Origin: Perna viridis
Taxonomy: Eukaryota
DNA length: 64,000 bases
Direction of reading: 5' to 3'
Assembly (NCBI GenBank): GCA_037379345.1
Contig: CM074524.1
Span: 24,982,750-25,046,749, forward strand
Shown here: in pieces, positions 11,386 to 24,590 of the stretch
Layout: every line of letters begins with the position of its first letter
Numbering within the stretch: the first letter of the stretch is position 1
Program-made: the position numbers and the translations under genes
Notes under the pieces: generated by a model
What the model was told of the DNA's origin: nothing
Database searches by the model: none
What the model saw: the letters and a program-made list of their open reading frames with translations, nothing else

Positions 11386-12126
11386 GGCAGAATTGAAATA
11401 GATTACATTTTGGTAAATCTGATGTTGTCTTTATTTCACCATTAATGGGATTCTTGTTCCCTGTCCTAAATAAAACAATACAAAAACAAATTCAAAATAG
11501 CATTACACACTGCATATGTAAGAATGAAAGAATGCTTGCTCTACATGATATCATGTCATCTGGGATGTGTTTTGCTCTTTTTGATAAATATAGTGGTCCT
11601 ACAGTTTTTATTCCATACAGTAGAGTGAACAAGAAAATTCTGATGTTGCTGGGTCATTCTCTAATGAATAATTTCTACATATCAATCTGTACATTGAGAA
11701 ATTGATTAATTGTGCAATTTGAAAAAAAAAATCATATGCATGTATCGTCAAATTCTATCAAATTATTACCATATTTACAGCACAAATTTTCACATATGGC
11801 AATTATCACATTGGCAAACAGCCATCATTGTACTTTAGTCAAACAATCTGCTTCCTGATTGAAGTTCTGAACCAAAGGCAAGAAAGTCAATTGAAATAAA
11901 CCATAGCAGTGAGATCATTTGTTGTCTTCAAATCCATTCATCATATGAATAAATTTTTTAAAACAATTATTTTGAAGTTCCGGCAACATTCAGAAAACAA
12001 ATCAGTGGAAACTGCACTTTTAAAAGGAGATTTTTTTTCAATTGCTTTCATAGAAAATTTGCCTTACTTAAATACAAAAAAAAATGCATAAAAAAAATTT
12101 TTACACATTAATCAACTAAATTCTGC

Positions 12127-12204
12127 TTTCATGTGAATTTCACATGAATTTCACGTGAATTTCACATGAATTTCATGTGAAGCTCGATTAACATGAATTT
12201 CACC
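12127..12204. repeat. 11-bp quasi-palindromic tandem repeat (tttcacatgaa variants)
   Basis: Five adjacent units plus one separated unit. Confidence 0.85.
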
Positions 12205-12991
12205 CGAAAAATATTTGCCTGTGTATTATTCATATGGTTTACACAAGTTCCTACATATCCATTCATCATGCAAGAAATTTTCCGATGCTTTTTCTGTATA
12301 AATTGATAAATTGAATGACAAGGATAAAATTAAGAAGAAACTCATGTTTTTTGTCAATTTTTTTCAAGAACTGTAGGTTTTTGCAAGTTTTTTTTTATTT
12401 TCAACAGAGGAAATAGTAGTCACTATCATTTTTTTCCTGAGGAAACAGTAGTTATTTGTCAACATTTATCTGCAACACAAACAAGCTTATCTTTTCCAGG
12501 AGTGTTTGTGTAACTTGTCCTACTTCAGAGTAAAGATCTAAAATCGGCTGATCAATACTGCAACTTATTATCGTCAGTCAACTTGATGAATATGATTTTC
12601 TTTGCATGGTCCTAAACAGGCGAAACCATTAAGTAAAGTAATATCATTGTTTGATTACATCACCTAGAGCAGGTTGGCGTAATATTTTGCATCCAAAGTG
12701 TATTTTTTTAAGTCTAAGGTTTTTCCTCTCTCATTACAACAGAATGGGAAATTGGAAGATGGTGAAGTGTCTGATTGTCAATACATTTATATAATTAAAG
12801 AGTTTTATATTGAGGCAGTATAATTGTCTTTTGGATACTATGAAATGTGTCTGTCAAATTATCAATTGAAAATTCATGCATATATTTCATGAAGATGTCA
12901 ACCCTTACAAAATATGCCACTGGCTGCAATTCAGCTTTCCCCTTTCTTCTGATGTTTAAAGTTCCAAATCTCTGATTGAAAATCTAGAAAA

Positions 12992-13410
12992 AAACATGAG
13001 CAGTGCTCTAGGTCCCAACCTCACAGCAAAATTTGCATTTTCTTAAGGCATGTGACCTTGAACTTCAATCCACTGACTCCAAATCAAAAGGTGTCTACTC
13101 TACCCCTAAGTGGTTAAATGGAATAAGTCTCATGAAAAAGTACAAATGTTTTTTTTAAAGTCTTATCCCAGAAACTAAATTTCACAGAAAAAAACGTAAT
13201 TCTTGAAGTGCACAAGACCTTGAATTTGACTACACTGACCCTTAAATCAATGGGTGTCTTTTACCTCTAAGTGGGTAAATGGCACAATATTCATAGGAAA
13301 GCATAAAAGATTTCAAAAGTTATGTTCAAGAAACCCATTTTTCCAAAACAAGTTTAACTGGATAGCAGAATTCCATAAGCCCTTTTTTGGAAAGGGGGAG
13401 GGGCAACAAA
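12992..13410 (+). mobile_element. HINE-like element with two ~162-bp tandem core units
   Basis: gaccttgaa...ctgac...aaatcaa..ggtgtct at 13054 and 13216, and a 3' ccc..ggggga palindrome-like end. Confidence 0.65.
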
Positions 13411-14254
13411 AGAAGCAACATTGTAATAAATTACTTAAATTCTTCAATATCTAAGTTAAAGTAATATAAGAAAGGACAAATTGACTGACAAACATTGGTA
13501 TAACATAACTGCTCTGTATGTGATTCAATCACTGACCAATTAATTAAACCTTTTGAATACATTGTGTTCACCAAACTGACCAATGAAGAATTTTCAAATT
13601 CAAGTAGGTGGGTAATAAGAAAAGAGACTCTTGAAGTTCTCATTATTTAAACTGACCAAGCTGTCTGTGACTTAAAAACTTCCAAACCTTTTAATCCAAA
13701 TGACCCTGAATTCCCAGAAGTTCAATTACCCAATTAAAACAATATTTAATGGTACTAAGAATCCTTGAGCAAGAATAATGAACTTAAGGTTTCAAGGTCA
13801 GAAATAAGACCATCATGTCAGAAACAAAAAAACAATTACTAATCTTATTATTTCCTTTGTTTACATGATAGGGATGTATAAAACAGATATAAAGCCTTAG
13901 AATTTCCCAGCTGACATCCCTCAATAGAGATTAAGTCATGGTGAAACATCTGCTTTTTTGTACTGAAATACCCAGTTTTAGTATACCTTAATTGTTCTAA
14001 AACTGACTTTATTAATGGTGACTAACTCCATTTATCTAAGCATTACTGTAGGTAAACCAGTTTAAGGTCATCAGTTATTATTCTTGCTTACTTCAGCATT
14101 TTTTAAAGTGTTTTTCAGTTTCTGAAAATCTTTTTCTTTCTTCGGGGAAGCTTGTATGAAAGTGAGTTTATGTAGTAATATGGTGTTGATTGATTCAGCA
14201 TGTAGACTCAATCACAACACTATTGCTGTCACTGTTTTTCCTTATCATGTTTAT

Positions 14255-14485
14255 GCAGTTACCATGGTTACTTACTGCTCTTACGATGGTCATCTTACTA
14301 ATGTTATCATGGTTACCTTCCTGTTATTACCATGGTAACAAATCTGCTGTAACCATGGTTACCTTACATATGTTACCATGGTCATCTTCTTACTAGCGTT
14401 AACCTGGTTACCTTTCTATTCTTACCATGGTTACAAATCAGCTGTAACCATGGTTACCTTACATCTATTACCATGGTAGCCTTAC
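14255..14485. repeat. Degenerate repeat of the palindromic TTACCATGGT(T/A)AC motif abutting the exon donor
   Basis: Many ccatgg/ttacc copies, and a ~95-bp duplication (acaaatc(t/a)gctgtaacc at 14338 and 14433). Confidence 0.85.
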
Positions 14486-14543
14486 CTGCAAACTTGGGGT
14501 TGTTCTCATCAATAGACCAGAAGCAATGATCAAAGGCAAAGGT
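14486..14543 (-). CDS. KIF13: KIF13-like internal exon TFAFDHCFWSIDENNPKFA (probably exon 4)
   Basis: Minus strand ttattgcag|ACC TTT GCC TTT GAT CAT TGC TTC TGG TCT ATT GAT GAG AAC AAC CCC AAG TTT GCA G|gtaag. 58 nt. FAFDHCFWS is the kinesin-3/KIF13 motor motif. Confidence 0.93.
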
Positions 14544-14677
14544 CTGCAATAAAAAAAGGTTTCTATAAATAAAACATGACAAAGCCTATGAAACTATTTT
14601 ACATCAATTTGAAAGTGGCATGACTGATCAAAAAAAAAATTGTCATTTTACCTTAACATTATTGCTTTGTTTTTGAC

Positions 14678-14823
14678 CAGGGATGATTTTACGAGGCCAT
14701 CAAACAAAGCAGAAATAGGTAAAATCTGAAATAAATAAAAAGCTAAAAAAAAAACAATCGTAACGGTTAAATCCAGATTTCAATAAGCGAAATTCCGCTA
14801 AAATGCAGGAAAAATCATCCCCG
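14678..14823. mobile_element. Small MITE
   Basis: TIRs cagggatgatttt / aaaatcatccccg, with tttgac on both flanks. Confidence 0.7.
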
Positions 14824-17414
14824 TTTGACATCAAAGAATATCAAAAAGATAGCCAATGACAAAACTACTTCGTCAATCTAAGAGATGTAGCTGATATAAA
14901 TGGGCTTAGTTTCAAATGTCTTGACAGAGAGTATAAGCAGCAAGAGATCTCAAATTTTAGTCAAAATATCAAGTTATCATTTTTGTCAAGACCTTTAAAA
15001 ATCTGTAAATCCAAATTCTTAGATTTCATATCTCATGCCAAGTCTGTCTCATCTAATAAACATTTAACACTGAAATAATACACTTTTCACGGATGTTGGT
15101 TTTTGGTGAGACAGTTCATGTGATCCTTTATGACATTCCTTTGTTGGAGTTTCTTCCATTGTCCAAAAGTCATTTTGAACTTAAGCCTTCTTTACTAACC
15201 AGCATTTCAGAAATATGACATGATGCTGAGTAGAAATATTTCAGTATACCCTGACTACCAGCACCATCAAATGTTGTTGACATGGTTTCAATTTCAAATA
15301 TTACATCATTGTGACATCAAGTGTGATTTAATTTGTCACTCAATGTCACAGCGACCTTTGATTATTTTCAGTTTCATGTTATTATATGGTAAAATCTTGA
15401 TTAAGTAACCTTTTCCTTCATGAAATATTCAATCGCTGTATGAAGCCAAAATTGGTAGCAATTGTGATAAGCTATAAAGGTTGTTTTTGTGTGGAAGTAT
15501 AACATATGTAGACTGAAAAAGCATTGTTTGTTTGGTGGGTTTTTCTACACCATGAATCACTTAACCTTGTAGTGTCTGAATTTTATGTGGACTGTTACTT
15601 AATAAGAACAGCACAACTCCCTGTTACTACAGCAAAATCATTCAACTTGCGTTTCATTTTTTTTATGGAGATAGAAAAAAAACTTCTTGGTATAAAGGTG
15701 AATTTTGTAGTAGGGGGAAGGTGACTATTCTTTATTCCATTTTCCCTTTTAATTGACTAAAACACACTTTTGTGGTACTGACAAGTCAACTTTTGTACCT
15801 CCAGATGCAAGAGGTTGCCAAAAAGTTGAAAAATTGAACAGAAAAATCAGGTGATCACAGAGGATTTCCTCAAATTTGGCTTCAGCGTGGATACATTTCA
15901 AATGTCAGTTTTCTAGTCCAAAGAAACTTTTAGCCCATAAAATGCAATGGACCTGTCCTTAAATATAAATTTTGAAAAATTACAATAAAAAAACCAGTAA
16001 AAATCAGAAATCAGCACCAGTAGTTCAATTATGGTACAAGTCTTTGTAAGAATTATGTAACTGTGAAAAACATGAAACATGCATGTCAAAAAGCCTCCAG
16101 TCTGACAATGCACATTAAACCTGGAAGTCTTTTCTATTCAAAATGACCAATATTTGATTTCTGAATCAATGGAAATTACAAAGTTAGATAATTGGTTTTT
16201 GACAGAGTTATCTACCTTTGAAATACTGTAAACATATCAATTTTCACGGTTTTTATTTTTCCCAGATTCTCTCAAGTGAATATATAGGCGGGTATCAATT
16301 TTCTTTTTTTTTTTCTTTTTTTTTTTTTTTTATGTTAAGCATTATATAGTAAAAAAAATTTCACTGGTACTATTTTTGCGATTTTCTTTTCAAAATGAGA
16401 ATAGCAAAAATCAGAATGCTTATAGTAATTATTTGCACAGTACATCATTGAAATTATAAATCATTTTACCAAAATGATATGGAAAATCTTGTGTTCATTT
16501 CTTGTCAAAGAAGTCAAATTACACTGTCAAAGTAGTGGCTTTTTTCAATACCAATACTTCACCCACTGCCTGATTCTTACAGAGTCTGACACTTAAATGG
16601 AATATTTCATTTATACTATGATGAATAATTAGGCAAGATTTATATCCACCTACTGGCATACTTGTAAGACCTCAAGTCACAAAAAACTGTTTATATTTCT
16701 AATTTCAACACTGCAATTAAGACACAATAGCCTGAGTTTATAAAGACCACTAAGTTTGAAAAGCTGATTTTTTTCTGCTTATGACAGTACTAACGTTGAA
16801 AGTTTATAAAGAGAAGCTTAAAACTAGATCCTGAGTAGGAGTTTTAGCCTTTCAAGACTGCTAACTGATTAAGTCTTCAAGTTTCTTTCATTGAAGTTGT
16901 GTAATTACAACCCAGGCCCATAAGTTGTTATTAAGAGACAAAAACAGGCCACCATTATACAATCATAAGGCTACAAAGAAGCAGATCAATGTAGCCTTAA
17001 TTAAAAAGGTGTAGTAATACAAGAAATCATGCAAACTTTATAATAATGATAATGTGGTCTCAATTTTGTTCATTTAAAACAAACCAACTCACATTTTTTT
17101 CATTATTTTCACATTCTAATATGACATAGTTAGAGGTGTTCAGACCACAGCCATGAAAAAACTTCCATAAAAATATGACCAATGGGTTGCCATTTCATAC
17201 AATACATAGTATGATTCATTCTTAAAAATATGGAGAAACTACCGGTAGTCATGTCAGAATTTAAATAAATCATTGGAACTCTATTCTATCATTGTTATAC
17301 CACTGTCTAGCCATTTATGTTGCTTATTTACCCATCCCCCATATTACCATGATTCACCATCCTGACCTTGACCATGTTTTCCTCCTGTTGCAACCTTGAC
17401 CTAGTTTTACAAAC

Positions 17415-17466
17415 CTTTGGAGCTTTTCTTCCTCCTCCTCCTCTGTCACCTCCTCCATCATGGGAA
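17415..17466 (-). CDS. KIF13: KIF13-like internal exon, Gly-rich loop ending RKAPK (probably exon 3)
   Basis: Minus strand tttttag|T TCC CAT GAT GGA GGA GGT GAC AGA GGA GGA GGA GGA AGA AAA GCT CCA AAG|gtttgt = SHDGGGDRGGGGRKAPK. 52 nt, phase 2 in and phase 0 out, so it joins the flanking exons in frame. RKxPK precedes FAFD in KIF13. Confidence 0.85.
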
Positions 17467-19324
17467 CTAAAAAATAAAAATAGAAAATGAAAGTAGTATG
17501 TAATAGAAATATTTTAACATCTTATACGTAGATTCATTGAACATTATCTTAAAAACTTGATTTACATGAATTCATAAAGGATCAAGGGGTACTTGGTGGT
17601 TGAATCCATAAAGACATTAACTCAATTGAAAAAGTGACAATATAAATTTGTACCAACAGAAGTAAACAGATTTTTTACATGCATATGGAATTACAGATTT
17701 TATCCGATGCCAGATTAGTCTTTCCCCTTCAGGATCCACTGTATATATATATATAAAATCTTATTTGAAAACTAACAAATCAGTTCCAAAGAAGAAAAAA
17801 AATTATAGTAGGCCCCAATATTTAAATGTATCTACGTGAATTAACTGTAAATTTAAAACAAGATTATTCAATAATCCTACAATATATTAGTGCTTTGAAT
17901 AGACTTAAATATCATTAAACAAGGAACAGCTTATGTCAGGAAAGTTCATACAGACTTATCTAATTAGATACAATCTAATGGACAACAGCACAGTCAACTT
18001 TTCACTGATATATAATCAAATTTTCTCAAATATTTTCACTTTAACTAATATTGTTTTCAGCTATAATTATCCTTTAAACCATTAATTTTCATTGTTTACT
18101 ACAATGGTTTCTGAACCAAATCCAGGAAACTGTAAACCTTCTCACATACTTGTTTCCAACTAGTCTTATTAATTTCATTCCTGTTCATTCTGAGCTTTTC
18201 TGTGTACACTTGATTTCTTAATTAAGACTCATTTTTTAGACAAAAAACATAATGTTTTATTTCCTTTAATCTATTTTTTTTTATATTTTTTAGGATATAC
18301 CATATCATTAGTGGTCAAAACTTTTGAACATGTGAAACTTTATTTTTTTTATAATTACAACTTCACCATCCATGCAAGACCATACACTAATGCCACTGCC
18401 TGACTGGTGAATACAGACTTCTGTATATGTGTGTACTATGCGAAAGGTGAATATAGATTATACTGCAGTCACTGGTAAAAAATAGATTTTATGGTACATG
18501 TTAATGCTACTGGTGATTGAGATTGTATTGTACATAGCAAATGCCAATGTTTTTAAGTAGCTAATGCCAGTGGTGAATACCGGGTATAGATTCTATTTAT
18601 GCCACTGGTGAATACAAATTCTACTGAAGGTAGCCAATGATGAATATATATTCTACTTATGTCACTGATATTAATGTAGGTTGCTTAATACAATTAATTT
18701 TTTGTTCCACTTAAGACAGCTAAGGCCACTAGTGAATAAATTCTACAGAACAACTATCAAATACCACTACCACTATATGCTTGATTCATCAATTAAGCAA
18801 ATCTTTCAATAAAGAATGTATTTGATATGTTGACAGAAAATGTTTAAAGTTTCCTTTCTTAGATATCTGTAAATTGATTCAGATAAAAAGATCAATAAGT
18901 TCTTTTTTTAAGTGGGACAAACACTTCATATAATATCCAATTCCAGTAAGCTGTGAAACAATTTTATTTGCAGTATCTTTTAAGTTAGATCACCAGTGAG
19001 TTACAAACCATCATGACAAAGATCATTACCTTTTGCAAATGTATGACTTCCAGAGAATTGGAAAAGTATTTGAAAAAAAAAGAGAAGGAGAAGAAACAAA
19101 TGCTGGATTGAACAAGAAAAAACCATTGTAGCAGGATAACAGCCACTGCCATTAATTTTCTAATATTTTTTTTAGCCAAAATAGTTGTTCACATATAAGA
19201 TTTTGTTAATATGGCAATACTACAGGTTAACATGCTGTAATTATCTATTAAACACGAATATTCAAATTTATGCAAAATTACCTATTATTGAATTAGCTTC
19301 AACAACCTTTGGTTGATTATGTAA

Positions 19325-22284
19325 ATACATGCTTCCTTAACACACTGAGAAGATACATGTTTACTTAACAGACTGAGGAGATACATGCTTCCTTAACAGA
19401 CTGAGGAGATACATGCTTCCTTAACAGACAGAGGAGATACATGCTTCCTTAACAGACTGAGGAGATACATTCTTCCTTAACAGACTGAGGAGATACACAC
19501 TTCCTTAACAGACTGAGGAGATACACGCTTCCTTAACAGACTGAGGAGATACACACTTCCTTAACAGACTGAGGAGATACACGCTTCCTTAACAGACCGA
19601 GAAGATACATGCTTCCTTAACAGACCGAGAAGATACATGCTTCCTTAACAGACCGAGAAGATACATGCTTCCTTAACAGACCGAGAAGATACATGCTAAC
19701 TTAACAGACCGAGAAGATACATGCTTCCTTAACAGACTGAGGAGATACATGTTTACTTAACAGACTGAGAAGATACATGTTTCCTCAACAGGCTGAGGAG
19801 ATACATGCTTCCTTAACAGGCTGAGAAGATACATGTTTACTTAACAGACTGAGAAAATACATGCTTCCTTAACAGACTGAGGAAATACACGCTTCCTTAA
19901 CAGACTGAGGAGATACACACTTCCTTAACAGACTGAGGAGATACATGTTTACTTAACAGACTGAGGAGATACATGCTTCCTTAACAGACTGAGAAAATAC
20001 ATGCTTCCTTAACAGACTGAGGAAATACACGCTTCCTTAACAGACCGAGAAGATACATGTTTACTTAACAGACTGAGGAGATACACACTTCCTTAACAGA
20101 CCGAGAAGATACATGTTTACTTAACAGACTGAGGAGATACACACTTCCTTAACAGACCGAGAAGATACATGTTTACTTAACAGACTGAGGAGATACATGC
20201 TTCCTTAACAGACTGAGGAGATACACGCTTCCTTAACAGACTGAGGAGATACACACTTCCTTAACAGACTGAGGAGATACACGCTTCCTTAACAGACCGA
20301 GAAGATACATGCTTCCTTAACAGACCGAGAAGATACATGCTAACTTAACAGACCGAGAAGATACATGCTTCCTTAACAGACTGAGGAGATACATGTTTAC
20401 TTAACAGACTGAGAAGATACATGTTTCCTCAACAGGCTGAGGAGATACATGCTTCCTTAACAGGCTGAGAAGATACATGTTTACTTAACAGACTGAGAAG
20501 ATACATGTTTACTTAACAGTCCGAGAAGATACATGCTTCCTTAACAGACTGAGGAGATACATGTTTACTTAACAGACTGAGAAAATACATGCTTCCTCAA
20601 CAGGCTGAGGAGATACATGCTTCCTTAACAGACTGAGAAGATACATGTTTACTTAACAGACTGAGAAGATACATGTTTACTTAACAGACCGAGAAGATAC
20701 ATGCTTCCTTAACAGACTGAGGAGATACACACTTCCTTAACAGACTGAGGAGATACACGCTTCCTTAACAGACCGAGAAGATACATGTTTACTTAACAGA
20801 CTGAAAAGATACATGTTTACTTAACAGACTGAGAAGATACATGTTTACTTAACAGACTGAGAAGATACATGCTTCCTTAACACACTGAGGAGATACACGC
20901 TTCCTTAACAGACTGAGGAGATACATGTTTACTTAACAGACTGAGAAGATACATGTTTCCTCAACAGGCTGAGGAGATACATGCTTCCTTAACAGGCTGA
21001 GAAGATACATGTTTACTTAACAGACTGAGAAGATACATGTTTACTTAACAGACCGAGAAGATACATGCTTCCTTAACAGACTGAGGAGATACATGTTTAC
21101 TTAACAGACTGAGAAAATACATGCTTCCTCAACAGGCTGAGGAGATACATGCTTCCTTAACAGACTGAGAAGATACATGTTTACTTAACAGACTGAGAAG
21201 ATACATGTTTACTTAACAGACCGAGAAGATACATGCTTCCTTAACAGACTGAGGAGATACATGTTTACTTAACAGACTGAGGAGATACACGCTTCCTTAA
21301 CAGACCGAGAAGATACATGTTTACTTAACAGACTGAAAAGATACATGTTTACTTAACAGACTGAGAAGATACATGTTTACTTAACAGACTGAGAAGATAC
21401 ATGCTTCCTTAACACACTGAGGAGATACACGCTTCCTTAACAGACCGAGAAGATACATGTTTACTTAACAGACTGAGGAGACACAAGTTTACTTAACAGA
21501 CTGAGGAGATACATGTTTACTTAACAGACTGAGGAGATACATGCTTCCTTAACAGACTGACATGTTTACTTAACAGACTGAGGAGATACATGTTTACTTA
21601 ACAGACCGAGAAGATACATGCTTCCTTAACAGACCGAGAAGATACATGTTTACTTAACAGACTGAGAAGATACATGTTTACTTAACAGACTGAGAAGATA
21701 TATGTTTACTTAACAGGCTGAGGAGATACATGTTTACTTAACAGACCGAGAAGATACATGCTTCCTTAACAGACCGAGAAGATACATGTTTACTTAACAG
21801 ACTGAGAAGATACATGTTTACTTAACAGACTGAGAAGATATATGTTTACTTACCAGACTGAGGAGATACATGTTTACTTAACAGACTGAGGAGATACATG
21901 TTTACTTAACAGGCTGAGGAGATACATGTTTACTTAACAGACCGAGAAGATATATGTTTACTTAACAGACTGAGGAGATACATGTTTACTTAACAGACTG
22001 AGGAGATACACGCTTCCTTAACAGACCGAGAAGATACATGCTTCCTCAACAAGCAGAGGAGATACACGCTTCCTTGACAGGCTGAGAAGAAACATGTTTC
22101 CTTAACAGACTGAGGACATACACGCTTCCTTAACAGGCTGAGAAGATGCACGCATCCTTAACAGGCTGAGAAGATAAACACTTCTGTAACAGGTGTGGAG
22201 ATACACGCTTCCTTAACAGGCTGAGGAGATACACGCTTCCTTCACAGACTGAGAAGATACATGCTTCCTCAACAGACTGAGAAG
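19325..22284. repeat. 28-bp tandem satellite, ~105 copies, consensus ACAGACTGAG(G/A)AGATACATG(CTTC/TTTA)CTTA
   Basis: Period 28 read directly (19371 to 19399). The array degenerates toward the right end. Confidence 0.97.
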
Positions 22285-23445
22285 CATGCACATTGAAACA
22301 GATGACTAAGATAAAGTCCATGCACTTTTTTGCCCAACCTTGGTACAAGGTGAGCATCAGCATCTTCTCCATATGTTTTTATCTCAAAACAATAATCATT
22401 GTAAAGAAATCCTACATGAAGACAACTGCACTGGCTGTACTGACAAGATATATCTTTGATAGAAAGACAATCTCCTCTCACAACAAAAACAATAAGTAAA
22501 GAAGCTTAGAAAGTTAAATCATACAATTGATTCAAAGACTTGTCAGGATGGGAAGCCTTGAAAAGGCGACTCTTCACCTTATGTTTATATAGGAAGATAA
22601 GACTATTGTTTAGTGCATGTTTCAATTCAAACCAGCTGGTTTATACATAGTAAACAAACACAAGGATTTAAAAGACGCCTATAACTCTGTTATAACAGAT
22701 ATGTAACTGTTTCTCAGCTTCCTTGTTGATGGTTGCTCACAGTTCACAAATGAAGTGCAATTGTTGAAGCAAGTCCTCAGAGACCATGCTAAAGGTGAGA
22801 AGCATAAATCTTATGGATGTAACCAAAGAGTGCATATAACAACCAATTCACAGCAGTCAATGCATTTGTGAAATTTTTCTAATAAATAAAATTTTTCCAG
22901 AGGTTGTCATTCTGTAAGAAAGCAATTTTTCCATAGATGGAAAAGAAAAGACTATTTTTAGTTTTTCGACAACCATTAGATAAATTCATAAATTGGTATA
23001 AGCATGTTACTTATTGTTTATTTGTAACTTAAGACCATTAGGGGATTTTAATTTCAGCAATATTCAGAAATAATTAATCCTGGTACATTCCCAGAAAATC
23101 AAGTTATAATTGTTGCAGTAAGAACCCTGTGACAGTCTTAAAAGATATTGCAATAAATTTTAAATTTAAGTACAGCCATCTTAGAAATTATTGTGTGCAT
23201 TGATTTTGCAATTTTGTTCATTTAAATCAAAAATGCAATTCAGTTATTGTTATTGTTTAAAAAAAAAATCCATAATGTGAGTTTTGATCATTGCAATTGA
23301 AAGTCTGTCTTATTTTTTTCAATAATAGAAATTTGCAATAAACTCTGAGTTAACAGTATTGAAAACAGTGGACTGATGGATTTAGAATTATCATCAGAAA
23401 GACCATGATCTATAGGCATAGGCTGTATTAAATAAAACCTTATAA

Positions 23446-23661
23446 CAGTGTTCTAGGATTTTTCAGAAATTGAGGTTTCCTCAGGAAAAATCGATATAAA
23501 ATCAACTTTCCCACAGTCAACAACTCCTTTCCTAACAAAACAAATCCTTACCGCATATGTAGTTTTCAACTTGACCCGGGAAACTGTAACTAAGTACATA
23601 ACTTTCCCTGACCCAAATTTCACTTGCCCGGGTAATAGGAAATAGGAATCCTAGAACACAG
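23446..23661. mobile_element. Small MITE
   Basis: TIRs cagtgttctaggatt / aatcctagaacacag, with tataa on both flanks. Confidence 0.7.
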
Positions 23662-23784
23662 TATAAGTACAGCCACTCTCCTTAAATCATATCAATTCAA
23701 TCAGTAAATATTTGTCTAGGGATGAAGACAAATACTGAGTTATGTACTTTCCTTCATCTCTAACTCCCCAACACAGACTGGTGG

Positions 23785-23903
23785 ATGTATGAAGAACAGG
23801 CTATATTAATGTCTGACTCCCTACATGTATGAAGAACAGGCTATATTAATGTCTGACTCCCTACATGTATGAAGAACAGGCTATATTAATGTCTGACTCC
23901 CTA
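23785..23903. repeat. 40-bp tandem repeat x3
   Basis: atgtatgaagaacaggctatattaatgtctgactccctac at 23785, 23825 and 23865. Confidence 0.95.
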
Positions 23904-24127
23904 ATGTAGAAGTAATCAAAATACAGATTTATGAAACACTAAGTTTTATTTTAAAGAAATATCAAATGGTTACTCAGTGCATGAACAGAAGCCATGATAA
24001 AACACTAGTTTAGTTAAGTATAATTTTATTTTTTTAGATAGAACGAGGTCAATGTCATGATTCAAGTTCAGCCACTGTTATTGACCATTATTCTGAGACA
24101 ACAAGGGGAGGTAATCATTTGAAGCCT

Positions 24128-24590
24128 TGGGTCTCACTAATCACTTCCGGGGCAAATGGCCACCCCCCTACGTAGTACCAAAAACACACTGAACATAGAC
24201 ATATGCATTGTAAGTGCATTATTTGTGTGTATTATGATTAAAAGTAGTCAAAATAAAGCTGAGAATGTGTACTTTAAAATCATATATGTAATTAACTACA
24301 TAGGTGTATGAATATTGTTTACATGTGTGAGTAATTTGCCTCCATGCTGTCAGTTAGCAGAACAGGTAAAATGTGGATTTTCAGTATTATTTATTCAAGT
24401 AAATTTTGTGAAGAATTTTTACAATCATCGTACCATTAGCATAATGATTTTGGAAGCCTTATTTTCCAAGCTTTGCAACAGTATGCAACTTTAAGATGTC
24501 ATTTGTCCTGGGAATTCACAGTGAAACTTTGAAAATTACTTTTTTAACATGTAAAGTAATAGAATAGTTAGAAGTGGTTAGTGAGACCTA
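24128..24590. mobile_element. MITE, ~460 bp
   Basis: TIRs ggtctcactaatcacttc / gaagtggttagtgagacc. Confidence 0.72.

Noticed and set aside
19325-22284. CRISPR-like array (28-bp period)
   Set aside because: The units are contiguous with no unique spacers, there are no cas genes, and the context is a eukaryotic intron.
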